Part shown: positions 19,631 through 30,089 of the stretch, piece by piece
Layout: every line of letters begins with the position of its first letter
How positions within the stretch are numbered: the stretch's first letter is position 1
Source: an uncultured Pseudomonadota bacterium
Lineage (GTDB): Bacteria; JAMCPX01
Direction of reading: 5' to 3'
DNA length: 64,000 nt
Assembly: GCA_964547905.1 (NCBI GenBank)
Contig: CAZJPN010000092.1
Location: 3,911 to 67,910 of the forward strand
Translations under genes and position numbers: made by a program
Notes under the pieces: generated by a model
Database searches by the model: none
Seen by the model: the letters and a program-made list of their open reading frames with translations, nothing else
Told to the model about the DNA's origin: nothing

Positions 19631-20735
19631 CCGCGGAATAATTATTGCTACCCTGATGTTGTGCCTTTTCGGCGTCATTATGGTGTTCAGTGCAAGTTCA
19701 ATATATGCGCTGAAGGCGTACGGCACAAAGTACTACTTTGTAGAGCGGCAGCTTGTTTACCTGATTTTAGGCTTATTGGCAGGTGGGGTTGCGGCCGTTA
19801 TAAATATCGACATTGTAAGGAAATACGCGAATCTTTTGTACTGGCTTATCATACTTTTGCTTATACTTGTTTTTGTTCCTCATATTGGTGTTGTTGTGAG
19901 CGGCTCACACAGGTGGTTAAGGCTTGGCGGATTTACAATACAGCCTTCGGAGTTCGCAAAACCTGTATTGATATTGCTTATAGCACATATACTCGAAGAA
20001 AAAGGACAGAGGTTGAACAATTCTCCGCCTGTGCTGCTTCCTTTGCTCTATACGGCGGTGGTCTTATTGCTGATCATTAAGGAACCCGATTTCGGCAGTG
20101 TGGTAATCATAACGACAGTGGTATTTGCCATTCTTTTCCTGTCCGGTGTGGATATTATGTCGCTGGCTTTGGCCTTTGTTCCTGTCATACCCGTTGCTGT
20201 ATTGCTTGTAGTGCATTCCACATACAGGCTTAATCGCATAAAAGCATTCCTTGATCCATGGCAGCATGCACAAACCGGCGGGTTTCAGATTGTTCAGTCG
20301 ACCCTTGCTTATGGAGCAGGGGGCATAACCGGTGTTGGACTCGGGAATAGCTTTGAAAAGCTATTCTATCTGCCGGAGGCACATACAGATTTTATCTTTT
20401 CGGTCGTTGCAGAAGAGCTTGGTTTTATAGGAGTAGCCGCAGTGATCGGGGTATTCATTTTTCTTATTACCAAGGCGTTTTCCATAGCAGCCCGTTCCGA
20501 GAGTATTTTTACCAAAACAACGGTTTATGGATTGACTTTATTCATAGCTCTCCAGGTAATTATAAACATAGCGGTTACGTTGGGGTTGTTGCCTACGAAG
20601 GGGCTTACCATGCCGTTTATAAGCTACGGAGGCAGTTCATTGACAGCAGAGCTTATCTCAATAGGCATAATATTAAATTTATCAAGAAGGGTTAACGATG
20701 GAAGCGACGAGGCTGATAATAGCAGGTGGGGGTAG
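19617..20735 (+). CDS. ftsW: SEDS glycosyltransferase FtsW
   Basis: IQPSEFAK, EPDFG, LPEAHTDFI and PFISYGGSS motifs. Confidence 0.95.
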   Translation: MKDYDRGIIIATLMLCLFGVIMVFSASSIYALKAYGTKYYFVERQLVYLILGLLAGGVAAVINIDIVRKYANLLYWLIILLLILVFVPHIGVVVSGSHRWLRLGGFTIQPSEFAKPVLILLIAHILEEKGQRLNNSPPVLLPLLYTAVVLLLIIKEPDFGSVVIITTVVFAILFLSGVDIMSLALAFVPVIPVAVLLVVHSTYRLNRIKAFLDPWQHAQTGGFQIVQSTLAYGAGGITGVGLGNSFEKLFYLPEAHTDFIFSVVAEELGFIGVAAVIGVFIFLITKAFSIAARSESIFTKTTVYGLTLFIALQVIINIAVTLGLLPTKGLTMPFISYGGSSLTAELISIGIILNLSRRVNDGSDEADNSRWG

Positions 20736-21798
20736 CGGTGGACACTTTTTCCCTGCACAGGCAATTATGGATGAAATTATAAGGAGAAGAAAGGATATCG
20801 AATATATGTATGTTGGTGCCGATTCTGGCATAGAAAGCAGAAAGTGGACGCTTCCTGCGGATAACCGCAGGCTTCTTACTGTTAAGGGCTTCAAGAACAA
20901 AACAGCAGGAGAAAAACTATCGTCCGCCTTTTTGCTGGTGGGTTCCATGGTAGAATCAAGAAACATAATAAAGGATTTCATGCCTGATGCAGTGCTCGGT
21001 GTAGGCGGATATGCTTCATTCCCGATCATTATGACGGCAATAATGATGCATATCCCTTCTGCAATACATGAACAAAACTCTGTTCCAGGGCTTGCAAACA
21101 AACTCCTTTCACGATTTGTAAAGAAGGTTTTTATATCCTTCGAAACGTCAAGAAAGTACTTTCCTTCCGGCAATACCCGGATGACAGGCCTGCCTATACG
21201 ATACGTCATGCGTAAACAAAGGACATACGCTGCAGCGGTAAAAACGATCCTTATACTGGGCGGAAGTCAGGGTGCACATCAAATAAACGAAATGATGGTT
21301 AAAGGGCTTGACGGCATTGTTGATATAAAAGACAGGGTCAGGTTCATACACCAGACAGGGGCGGCGGATCGTACTTATGTCAAAAGTGCATACGATAAGT
21401 ATGGATTCAAAGCGGATGTGTTCGATTTTATAGATGATATGGCCTCGGTATTCGAGAAAGCGGATATTGCTGTGTCAAGGGCAGGTGCATCTACGCTTTT
21501 CGAACTTGCAGCTTACGGTGTACCGTCAATCCTCATACCCTATCCGTTCGCTGCGTCGGATCACCAGACTTTGAATGCACAGGAGATTTCTTCCCATGGA
21601 GGCGCTGTTGTAATACCGGCTGTAGCTACAGAACCGAATCTACTTGTAGAGGATATACACGAACTGATCTCTGATGAAGGAAGGATTGAAAAAATGTCAG
21701 GGGCAATGATGAAATGGGCAAAACCTTATGCAGCATCAAACATAGTGGATGAAATGATAACGTTATCCAGAAAGGCAAAAGCATGCACAAGAGGATAA
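20698..21798 (+). CDS. murG: Lipid I GlcNAc transferase
   Basis: GGGSGGH, HEQN, GGSQGA and SRAGAST motifs. Confidence 0.96.
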   Translation: MEATRLIIAGGGSGGHFFPAQAIMDEIIRRRKDIEYMYVGADSGIESRKWTLPADNRRLLTVKGFKNKTAGEKLSSAFLLVGSMVESRNIIKDFMPDAVLGVGGYASFPIIMTAIMMHIPSAIHEQNSVPGLANKLLSRFVKKVFISFETSRKYFPSGNTRMTGLPIRYVMRKQRTYAAAVKTILILGGSQGAHQINEMMVKGLDGIVDIKDRVRFIHQTGAADRTYVKSAYDKYGFKADVFDFIDDMASVFEKADIAVSRAGASTLFELAAYGVPSILIPYPFAASDHQTLNAQEISSHGGAVVIPAVATEPNLLVEDIHELISDEGRIEKMSGAMMKWAKPYAASNIVDEMITLSRKAKACTRG

Positions 21799-23159
21799 GG
21801 CGTATACATTTTGTTGGCATAGGCGGAGCCGGCATGAGCGGGATAGCTGAATTACTGCTGAATATAGGATACGAGGTAAGCGGTTCGGACATCAAGCCTT
21901 CGAAGGTAACGGATAGACTACAGACGCTTGGTGCAACAGTTATGATCGGTCATAAAGCAGTTCATGCAAAGGACGCGCATGTCGTCGTGTTTTCATCAGC
22001 GGTAAAAGACGACAACCCGGAGCTCGTTTATGCAAGGGAACACAACATACCTGCAATACCAAGGGCTGAGATGCTTGCGGAACTTATGAGAGTTAAGTAT
22101 GCGGTTGCAATCGCAGGAAGCCATGGAAAGACAACGACAACATCGCTTGTTTCCATAGTGCTTGCTGCAGGCGGGCTTGACCCTACAAGTATAGTCGGCG
22201 GTAAGGTCAATATATTCGGTTCCAATGCCAAACTCGGACAGAGCGAGTACCTTGTTGCCGAAGCTGATGAAAGCGATGGCAGCTTCTTGAAGCTTACACC
22301 GACGATAGCTATTGTAACGAACATAGATCCCGAACACCTTGATTACTATAAGACGTTTGAGAGGGAAAAGGATGCCTATGTGGAATTTATCAACAAGGTG
22401 CCTTTCTATGGTCTCGCGATCCTATGCCTCGATGAAGAAAATGTAGCATCCATTATGCCGAGGCTAAAGGTTAGAAGGATGACATACGGCTTGTCTGCAC
22501 AGGCAGATGTTCAGGGATATAATGTCGTGCAAAGAGGCGGGGAGTGTGATTTCTCTGTTAACGTAAAGGGTAGGCAGTATGGTTCATTCACAATCCACAT
22601 GCCGGGTATACATAACGTCTACAATGCCCTCGCGAGCATTGCTGCCGGCCTTGAGCTTGAACTCGAGCCCGAGAAAATAAAAGAAGGTATAGGGAAATTC
22701 AATGGAGTAGAAAGGCGGTTTCAGATAAAGGCGAATATAAACGATATAATAGTAGTGGATGATTACGGTCATCATCCAAAAGAGATAAAGGCCACGCTTG
22801 CAGGGGCGAAAAACGGATGGAAGAGGAGGCTTATCGTGGTTTTCCAGCCGCACAGGTACACGCGGACGATGCTGTTGTTCAATGATTTTCTTACGGCATT
22901 TTATCAGGCAGATGTCCTCATTATTACGGACATATATGCCGCCGGAGAAGAGCCTCTAGAAGGTGTGGACGCCTACAAGCTCTACAGCGGTATGAGGGAC
23001 ATGGGTTACAAGGATGTCAGATACATACGGGATAAGGATAAGATTGTGGATGAATTGGAACATACGGTTGTGCCGGGCGATATGGTTATTACGCAGGGTG
23101 CGGGGGATATATTTACGGTCGGGGATGCGTTCATAAAGAGGTTAAAGAAGAATGGCTGA
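21783..23159 (+). CDS. murC: UDP-MurNAc--L-Ala ligase
   Basis: GIGGAGMSG, GSHGKTTT, EADESD, DDYGHHP and FQPHRY motifs. Confidence 0.97.
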   Translation: MHKRIRRIHFVGIGGAGMSGIAELLLNIGYEVSGSDIKPSKVTDRLQTLGATVMIGHKAVHAKDAHVVVFSSAVKDDNPELVYAREHNIPAIPRAEMLAELMRVKYAVAIAGSHGKTTTTSLVSIVLAAGGLDPTSIVGGKVNIFGSNAKLGQSEYLVAEADESDGSFLKLTPTIAIVTNIDPEHLDYYKTFEREKDAYVEFINKVPFYGLAILCLDEENVASIMPRLKVRRMTYGLSAQADVQGYNVVQRGGECDFSVNVKGRQYGSFTIHMPGIHNVYNALASIAAGLELELEPEKIKEGIGKFNGVERRFQIKANINDIIVVDDYGHHPKEIKATLAGAKNGWKRRLIVVFQPHRYTRTMLLFNDFLTAFYQADVLIITDIYAAGEEPLEGVDAYKLYSGMRDMGYKDVRYIRDKDKIVDELEHTVVPGDMVITQGAGDIFTVGDAFIKRLKKNG

Positions 23160-24069
23160 TTTCAGCGAATTAAAATCGATTATAAAAGGTAATGTCATGG
23201 TTGATGTACCGATGAAGGAGTACACAAGCATGCAGGTCGGGGGCATCTGTGCGTGCATGGTTACGCCTGAAAATTTAGACGATATATTTAAATTTATAGA
23301 TTGGTCAAAGCGCAACGAAGAGCGGTATTTCGTGATCGGTGCAGGGACGAACCTTATCGTAAGAGACGGAGGCATGAAAAATCCCGTAATAAGGATTAAA
23401 AATACACTTGATTCTCTCGATGTTGCGTATGAGGATGGGTCTTCTTTGAAAATTGCGGTAGGGGCAGGAAAGCCTCTTGCGGAGCTTGTTAAGTACTGTG
23501 CTGAAAGAGGCTTGTCCGGTATCGAACCGCTCGCAGGCATACCCGGAACAATCGGCGGTGCGATATTCATGAATGCGGGTACAGATTATGGCAGTATATC
23601 GGATGTTGTAGAGACAGTTACTTTTTTGGAAAGGACAGGCAGAACAAGGACACTGAGTAAGAAAGCCATGGGGTTTGGCTACAGAACATGCAGAGAACTT
23701 TCTTCGAGCAGCATTGTTGTATCCGCTGTTTTAAACTTGCAGAAGTCGGACAAGAATAAGGTAAGTAAAAAAGTAGAATCCGTTCTCAAAGAAAAGACAC
23801 AGTCACAGCCTCTCAATTATCCAAGCAGTGGTTCGATATTTAAGAATCCTCCAAAGATAAAGGCTTGGAAGCTGCTTGATGAGGCAGGCATGCGTGGTGT
23901 GAGGGTAAGGGGGGCGAAGTATTCGGAACTGCACACAAATTTCATTATCAATACGGGTAATGCAAATGCAGAAGATGTGCTTGCGCTTATCGATGCCGGT
24001 ATCGAGAAAGTAAAGGAAAAAGCCAAGATAAAACTTGAGTTGGAAGTCGTTATTATAGGTGAACAATGA
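23152..24069 (+). CDS. murB: UDP-N-acetylenolpyruvoylglucosamine reductase
   Basis: IGAGTNL, GIPGTIGGA, GSIFKNP and LELEV motifs. Confidence 0.95.
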   Translation: MADFSELKSIIKGNVMVDVPMKEYTSMQVGGICACMVTPENLDDIFKFIDWSKRNEERYFVIGAGTNLIVRDGGMKNPVIRIKNTLDSLDVAYEDGSSLKIAVGAGKPLAELVKYCAERGLSGIEPLAGIPGTIGGAIFMNAGTDYGSISDVVETVTFLERTGRTRTLSKKAMGFGYRTCRELSSSSIVVSAVLNLQKSDKNKVSKKVESVLKEKTQSQPLNYPSSGSIFKNPPKIKAWKLLDEAGMRGVRVRGAKYSELHTNFIINTGNANAEDVLALIDAGIEKVKEKAKIKLELEVVIIGEQ

Positions 24070-25016
24070 AAGGTACTATTACAAAAAATATGAAGATAGG
24101 AGTTTTGCTCGGGGGGCTGTCCGCCGAAAAGAATATCTCGAGGCTAACAGGTGAAGCGGTTTTTAAAGCCTTGATCGGACTCGGGTATAATGCGGTTAAG
24201 GTAGAGGTGGACCGGACACTGCCTTTTAAACTGAAAGAAATGAATGTAGAAATAGCATTTAATGCACTTCACGGAAAGTTTGGAGAGGACGGCGTTGTTC
24301 AGGGACTTCTCGAATTGATGGGCATACCATATACAGGCTCCGGTACTACGGCCAGTGCAATAGCAATGGACAAAATCTTTACAAAGCATCTTCTTACCAG
24401 TGCAGGCATACTTACGCCGCAATACCTTGTTGTGAACACGCCGATAGAGTATTCACAACTGATAAAAGAGGGTGGTATGAACCTGCCGTACATCATAAAA
24501 CCATCCTGTGAAGGTTCAAGCATTGGTATAAGCAAGGTATCGATATCTGAGGAACTGCCCGTGGCATTCGCAGAGGCATTCAAGCATGATGACCGCGTGC
24601 TCGTCGAAAAGTTTATAGAGGGCAGGGATATTACCGTGGCGATTTATGATGATAAAGTGCTTGGATCAATGGAGATCGGGATACAGAGCGGTTCTGAGAG
24701 GAAGTTCCTGGATTATGAAGTCAAATATACAGAGGGAATGGAGGTATTCAATATTCCTCCATCGCTTCCGGACAGTGCGGTGAAGGCTATAGAGGAAGCC
24801 GCTTTGAATGCACATGTACTGCTTGGATGCAGCTTTTATTCGAGAATAGATTTCAAGGTTGCATCAGCAGGCCGGCCGTATTTACTCGAAGTCAATACGC
24901 TTCCTGGACTTACCTCATTGAGTTACGTGCCGAAGATAGCGGAGAGCAAAGGCATTAATTATGAAAGCCTTATAAACGGCATACTGCAATCCGCATCATT
25001 AAAAGGAAAGATTTGA
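24066..25016 (+). CDS. ddl: D-alanine--D-alanine ligase
   Basis: LHGKFGEDG, EGSSIG, DYEVKY and LEVNTLPGLT motifs. Confidence 0.96.
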   Translation: MKGTITKNMKIGVLLGGLSAEKNISRLTGEAVFKALIGLGYNAVKVEVDRTLPFKLKEMNVEIAFNALHGKFGEDGVVQGLLELMGIPYTGSGTTASAIAMDKIFTKHLLTSAGILTPQYLVVNTPIEYSQLIKEGGMNLPYIIKPSCEGSSIGISKVSISEELPVAFAEAFKHDDRVLVEKFIEGRDITVAIYDDKVLGSMEIGIQSGSERKFLDYEVKYTEGMEVFNIPPSLPDSAVKAIEEAALNAHVLLGCSFYSRIDFKVASAGRPYLLEVNTLPGLTSLSYVPKIAESKGINYESLINGILQSASLKGKI

Positions 25017-25939
25017 TGAAAGAATTTATGGATTTGGATTTCAAAGCACGACATAAAAACGCAGCCAGCATGCATTTTAAGAGGCGTGCCAGGATACGTT
25101 CATACCTGAGGTATTCGGGTTATATTGTTATTGCCGCGGTTATATGTTTCGGCGGATATGTGCTTTATAATAAAGCCGTGGGCTTTATAAGCACATCCAA
25201 AATATTTGCTTTGAAACAGGTAAGTATCAAAGGATACGAGCACGTTCCGCCGATGGAGATCATAAAGGCCTCTGGCTTGAGTATGGGGGAGAATATCTTT
25301 TCTGTTCCGCTGAAGACCGTAAGAAAAAACATCATGTCCATACCATGGATAAACGGTGTGTCTATAAGAAAATCACCGCCGCACAGAATAGATATTACGG
25401 TTACGGAGCGAAGGGCGTACTGTATGATCCTCCTGAGCAGTCTTTATTATGTTGATGATAATGGTATCATATTTAAGCGATTAACCGCAGCGGATTCGAC
25501 GAATTATCCCGTTATTACGGGTTTTACTTTCAACGATGCCGATTTTGTGGATGTACCGATGCAACCAGTCCTTGACGCTATATCCTTTATAAAAGAACTT
25601 GATCAGAATTCAATTGTTGTAGGAAAAGACATCTCAGAGCTTCATGTTGATGACAACGGATATACTTTGATCACGACGGACGGACTGTTGATCAAGTTCG
25701 GCAGGAATGATCTCGTTTCGAGGATAGATAAATTGAACGATTTGATCCGCTATTTTGGAGACAGGATGCAAATATTTTCTTCTGTTGATCTGCGGTTTTC
25801 CGGTATGGGGGTCCTGCGTTATAAAGCGGGTGTCCTATCAGGCACAGATGAACAGGGGAATGACAGCCATTCTTTGACAGGCAACACAGGTGTTGAGAAT
25901 ACATTAAAGGAGGTGAACAACATTGCCAAAAAAGGATAA
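25013..25939 (+). CDS. ftsQ: Cell division protein FtsQ/DivIB
   Basis: TM helix plus POTRA (IPWI..V.I....P..I.I.V.ER) and VDLRF; lies before ftsA. Confidence 0.9.
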   Translation: MMKEFMDLDFKARHKNAASMHFKRRARIRSYLRYSGYIVIAAVICFGGYVLYNKAVGFISTSKIFALKQVSIKGYEHVPPMEIIKASGLSMGENIFSVPLKTVRKNIMSIPWINGVSIRKSPPHRIDITVTERRAYCMILLSSLYYVDDNGIIFKRLTAADSTNYPVITGFTFNDADFVDVPMQPVLDAISFIKELDQNSIVVGKDISELHVDDNGYTLITTDGLLIKFGRNDLVSRIDKLNDLIRYFGDRMQIFSSVDLRFSGMGVLRYKAGVLSGTDEQGNDSHSLTGNTGVENTLKEVNNIAKKG

Positions 25940-27167
25940 CATGATTGTTGGCCTTGATATAGGTACAACAAAGATATGTGCGATTGTAGGGGAGTTGAAA
26001 GAAGGTACCATAGATATTGTTGGTATAGGGAAGGTATCGCCGTCTCACGGTTTGAGTAAGGGAAACATAATTAATATTGAGGCAACCGTTAAGGCAATAC
26101 GACAGGCTATTGAAGAGGCGGAGCTTATGTCTGATTATGACATATCGAGTATCTATACGGGTATAGCTGGCGATCACATAAAGAGCTTCAATAGTAACGG
26201 GGTGATAGCGATAAAAGACCGGGAAGTGAAAGCAAGCGACATAAAGAGGGTTGTTGATGCTGCAAAGGCAATGCCTATTCCTCAGGATAGGGAGGTTATC
26301 CATGTCATACCGTATGAATTCATAATAGATGATCAGGGGGGTATAAAGGACCCGACGGGGATGTCCGGCGTAAGGCTTGAAGCCAAGGTGCACATAGTAA
26401 CTGCCAATATGTCGTCTTCGATGAACATCATAAAGGCATGCAACAGATCGGGGCTTATAGTTTCCGATATTGCACTTCAGTCCATAGCCTCGAGCGAGGC
26501 CGTGCTTAATCCCGAGGAGAAAGATCTCGGTGTTGTTATTGTAGATATTGGCGGAGGCACGACAGACATAGCGATATTCTACGAGGGAAGTATAAAATAC
26601 ACGAGTGTTATAGGGCTTGGAGGGGAGCATGTCACCAAGGATGTGTCCGTAGGTTTAAGGACGCCGATACACGAGGCTGAGAAGATCAAGATAAAATACG
26701 GCACTGCGCTCCGGACAAATGTGGACAAGGCCGAGATGGTAGAGGTGCCCGGCATAGGCAACAGAAAGCCAAGAACCATATCCCGTTCAACGCTCGCGGA
26801 GATAATAGAACTCAGGGTGGAAGAGATCCTATCACTCGTTGATAAGGAGCTTGTGAAGTCCGGATTCAAAGAGTTTATTTCAGCGGGTGTTGTTTTAACC
26901 GGCGGCAGTTCTTTGCTTGACGGCATAGTCGACCTCGGCGAGCAGATATTTAATCTGCCGGTAAGAATAGGATTCCCGGTGGGTGTTGGAGGTCTTACGG
27001 ATGTAGTGAAGGATCCGTCTTACGCAACGGCGGTTGGATTGGTTATTTATGGAAGCAAGCATATGCAAGTCAGGGCGTACAACGGAAGGGACATAGATCT
27101 TTTGAGAAGTATAAGAGAGTTTTTTTCGAATATAGCTTCAAAATTGTTTGTTAGAAAAGGAGGATAA
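25923..27167 (+). CDS. ftsA: Cell division protein FtsA
   Basis: GLDIGTTK, GMSGVRLE, DIGGGTTD and VLTGG motifs. Confidence 0.97.
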   Translation: MPKKDNMIVGLDIGTTKICAIVGELKEGTIDIVGIGKVSPSHGLSKGNIINIEATVKAIRQAIEEAELMSDYDISSIYTGIAGDHIKSFNSNGVIAIKDREVKASDIKRVVDAAKAMPIPQDREVIHVIPYEFIIDDQGGIKDPTGMSGVRLEAKVHIVTANMSSSMNIIKACNRSGLIVSDIALQSIASSEAVLNPEEKDLGVVIVDIGGGTTDIAIFYEGSIKYTSVIGLGGEHVTKDVSVGLRTPIHEAEKIKIKYGTALRTNVDKAEMVEVPGIGNRKPRTISRSTLAEIIELRVEEILSLVDKELVKSGFKEFISAGVVLTGGSSLLDGIVDLGEQIFNLPVRIGFPVGVGGLTDVVKDPSYATAVGLVIYGSKHMQVRAYNGRDIDLLRSIREFFSNIASKLFVRKGG

Positions 27168-27168
27168 A

Positions 27169-28320
27169 ATGTTTGAGTTGAGTAATGAATATCATCATTC
27201 TGCCAAGATCAAGGTTATCGGTATCGGTGGTGGCGGCGGTAACGCTGTTAATACGATGATAAAGCAGGGAATGAAGGGTGTCGACTTTATTGCGGCAAAT
27301 ACGGATATGCAGGTGCTGACGAGAAATAAAGCGACATACAAAATACAGCTTGGCGCCAAATTAACAAAAGGGCTTGGTGCGGGTGCGAATCCTGATATAG
27401 GGAAAGAAGCGGCTCTTGAGGATGAGTCGAAGATAAAAGATGCCCTTACAGGAGCCGATATGATATTCTTGACCGCCGGCATGGGGGGCGGGACCGGAAC
27501 AGGTGCAAGCCCTGTTATAGCGGAGATAGCCAAGTCTCTCGGTGCGCTTGTAGTTGCTGTAGTAACCAAGCCTTTTGAATTCGAAGGAAAAAAAAGGATC
27601 TCAAAGGCGGAAAAGGGCATCGAAGAGTTGAGCCAGTATGCGGATACATTGATCGTCATACCGAACGACAGATTGTTCAATATCTCGGATAATAAGACGA
27701 CCGTACTCGATGCCTACTTGAAAGTAGATGATGTACTTGTTCATGCCGTCAGAGGTATATCGGACATAATAACAATCCCGGGACTTGTGAATGTGGATTT
27801 TGCCGATGTAAAAACGGTGATGGGTGAGATGGGGATGGCCATGATGGGTACAGGTAAAAGCGGTGGAGAAAAGAGGGCAAAGGATGCCGCTCAGGAAGCC
27901 ATATCAAACCCGCTGCTTGAAGATATCTCCATAAACGGCGCGAAAGGTGTGTTGATCAATATTACGGGTGATGCGTCTCTTACGCTCAATGAGGTTAAAG
28001 AGGCATGCGAGCTTGTTAAGGATCAGGTGGACGAAAACGCAAATGTGATTTACGGTACGGTAATAGACGATGATATGGGTGAGAATCTCAATGTTACGGT
28101 TATTGCTACCGGTTTCGGAGAGAGGAATATAAAGGAAAAATATCCAGGCAAGCTTTCCGTTATCCACAATAACGGGAACAGAGAGATTCCGGCATTTAAG
28201 CGTATGGATAAGAAGATAGATGAGATCGATTCGGTAAAGTCAGTAAAGAAGGTTATGCTGACCGGTTATGATGAAGATGAACTTGACATCCCTACATTCT
28301 TGAGAAAAAAAGCTGATTGA
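27169..28320 (+). CDS. ftsZ: Cell division protein FtsZ
   Basis: GGGTGTG tubulin signature and C-terminal LDIPTFLRK. Start moved to ATG 27169, which follows AGGAGG. Confidence 0.98.
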   Translation: MFELSNEYHHSAKIKVIGIGGGGGNAVNTMIKQGMKGVDFIAANTDMQVLTRNKATYKIQLGAKLTKGLGAGANPDIGKEAALEDESKIKDALTGADMIFLTAGMGGGTGTGASPVIAEIAKSLGALVVAVVTKPFEFEGKKRISKAEKGIEELSQYADTLIVIPNDRLFNISDNKTTVLDAYLKVDDVLVHAVRGISDIITIPGLVNVDFADVKTVMGEMGMAMMGTGKSGGEKRAKDAAQEAISNPLLEDISINGAKGVLINITGDASLTLNEVKEACELVKDQVDENANVIYGTVIDDDMGENLNVTVIATGFGERNIKEKYPGKLSVIHNNGNREIPAFKRMDKKIDEIDSVKSVKKVMLTGYDEDELDIPTFLRKKAD

Positions 28321-28321
28321 C

Positions 28322-29353
28322 ATGAAGTACAGCGATGCCGGTGTCAGCATAGACAAGGGTAATGCCTTTGTTGAAAGAATAAAGCCTGTTGCCCGTGCTA
28401 CCTTTAAAAAGGGAATGCTCTCAGGTATAGGGGGGTTTGCGGGTCTTTTTGAGATAGACATGAAAAGGTACAAGCATCCCGTGATTGTTACATCTACGGA
28501 CGGCGTTGGTACCAAGCTCAAGGTGGCCTTTAAAATGGGTGTTCACAATACGGTTGGCATTGATCTCGTTGCCATGAATGTTAATGATATAGTTGTTAAT
28601 GGCGCGGAGCCCGAAGTATTCCTTGATTATATTGCAACATCAAAAATCCGTATCGATATTGTCATTGATATCGTGAAGGGCATTGTGAACGGATGTAAGC
28701 AGGCAGATTGCGTGCTGATAGGAGGGGAAACCGCGGAACTGCCTGGTTTTTATGCGGACGATGAATATGATCTTGCAGGATTTGTCACCGGTGTTGTCGA
28801 GAAAAATAGGATTATGGATGGATCGGATATAAAACAAGGCGATGTGCTGATAGGCATAGGCTCCAGTGGGCTTCACAGCAACGGGTATTCTCTGGCAAGG
28901 TATGTCCTTCTCGAGAAGAAAAAAATGAAGCTCAATGCTTATATAGACGAGCTCGGATGCACCCTTGGAGAGGAACTTCTGAAGCCGACAATTATCTACG
29001 TGAAAATGATAAAAAAACTGTTTCAACAGAAACTCATAAAAGCTGCTGCTCATATAACAGGAGGCGGGATAATAGATAATCTGCCGAGGGTTTTCCCGAA
29101 GCAGTACAATGCCGTTATCGAAACAAACTCATGGGATGGCCTCCCCATCTTCGATATGATCAAAAAACTTGGCAATGTCGATGATATGGAAATGCTGAGG
29201 ACATTCAACAACGGTATCGGTATGATTGTAATAGTAGATAAGAACAGGGTTGACAAGGCTTTGAGTGTTATACGCTCACAGAGGGGAAAGGCGTATGTAA
29301 CAGGAGAAATGCGCCGCTCCGATACAAAAAAAACAAGGGTAGAATTTGTATAG
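28322..29353 (+). CDS. purM: Phosphoribosylformylglycinamidine cyclo-ligase
   Basis: TDGVGTK, GGETAELPG, GLHSNGYSL and HITGGG motifs. Confidence 0.97.
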   Translation: MKYSDAGVSIDKGNAFVERIKPVARATFKKGMLSGIGGFAGLFEIDMKRYKHPVIVTSTDGVGTKLKVAFKMGVHNTVGIDLVAMNVNDIVVNGAEPEVFLDYIATSKIRIDIVIDIVKGIVNGCKQADCVLIGGETAELPGFYADDEYDLAGFVTGVVEKNRIMDGSDIKQGDVLIGIGSSGLHSNGYSLARYVLLEKKKMKLNAYIDELGCTLGEELLKPTIIYVKMIKKLFQQKLIKAAAHITGGGIIDNLPRVFPKQYNAVIETNSWDGLPIFDMIKKLGNVDDMEMLRTFNNGIGMIVIVDKNRVDKALSVIRSQRGKAYVTGEMRRSDTKKTRVEFV

Positions 29354-29376
29354 AGTGCAGCAGCGTTACTTTTTTG

Positions 29377-29964
29377 TTATTTTGTAAACATCTGTAGTTT
29401 CATTGCAAGCCCCATATCGCCTGTTATCTTAAGCTTCCCGGACATGAATGCAGTAACCGGATTGAGCTGTCCCTTTAACATTGCGCCATACTCGGCAGCC
29501 TTCATACTTATTGTGCTTACCGGTATATCGGAATTGTTGAACTTTAATTTTGCATTGAATGGCGTACCGGACTCTCTTCCGAGGACAAGGTTCAAACTCC
29601 CTTTTACACCAAGTAAAGAATCATATTTACTTCTGCTCAGCATAGAGGGATTAAAGAACATATCCATAACGGCTCCCGCACCTTCTTTACCTGTGATGGA
29701 ATCACGCCAGTCTTTTTCGTTAAGTTCAAAACTTAAATGAGCATCCGGAATAGAGCCTTCTGTTACCTGCAAATCGGAGCCGTTCTTTACAACAACGCTG
29801 TACGTACTTGTGGTGTCTCCGGTAACTTTGAACTGCAGCTTGAAATCGATTCCTTCCATCCCCTGAACCGGGTGACTTTTTAATTCGCTCTGGAATAATT
29901 GTGGAACAATCTCCTCAAAATATTTTTTAACGCTTGCGTCTGCCGGTATTTCGACATTACCCAT
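29377..29964 (-). CDS. Tandem SCP2 (sterol-carrier) domain protein
   Basis: C-terminal LNPVTAFMSGKLKITGDMGLAMKL is the SCP2 signature; the N-terminal half is a second, degenerate SCP2-like unit. Confidence 0.85.
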   Translation of the reverse strand: MGNVEIPADASVKKYFEEIVPQLFQSELKSHPVQGMEGIDFKLQFKVTGDTTSTYSVVVKNGSDLQVTEGSIPDAHLSFELNEKDWRDSITGKEGAGAVMDMFFNPSMLSRSKYDSLLGVKGSLNLVLGRESGTPFNAKLKFNNSDIPVSTISMKAAEYGAMLKGQLNPVTAFMSGKLKITGDMGLAMKLQMFTK

Positions 29965-30009
29965 TTTTCTCCTCCCCTAACTTAATTTTTAAGTGTGTAT
30001 AATTCAAAA

Positions 30010-30025
30010 TTGACAAATATGTCAA
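30010..30025. promoter_or_regulatory. Palindromic operator TTGACA-N4-TGTCAA (copy 1), overlapping the SCP2 promoter
   Basis: ttgacaaatatgtcaa; a second copy lies at 51036-51051. Confidence 0.5.
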
Positions 30026-30089
30026 GTTTTTTGTTTTTCGTCTCTCTGCATGAATGACACAAAACATCTTTGGCACAGTTGAGATGGTT

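Noticed and set aside
25692-26630. 312-aa antisense ORF over ftsQ/ftsA, and the many shorter antisense ORFs in the track
   Set aside because: These are shadow frames of well-conserved genes, with no recognisable motifs or independent translation signals.
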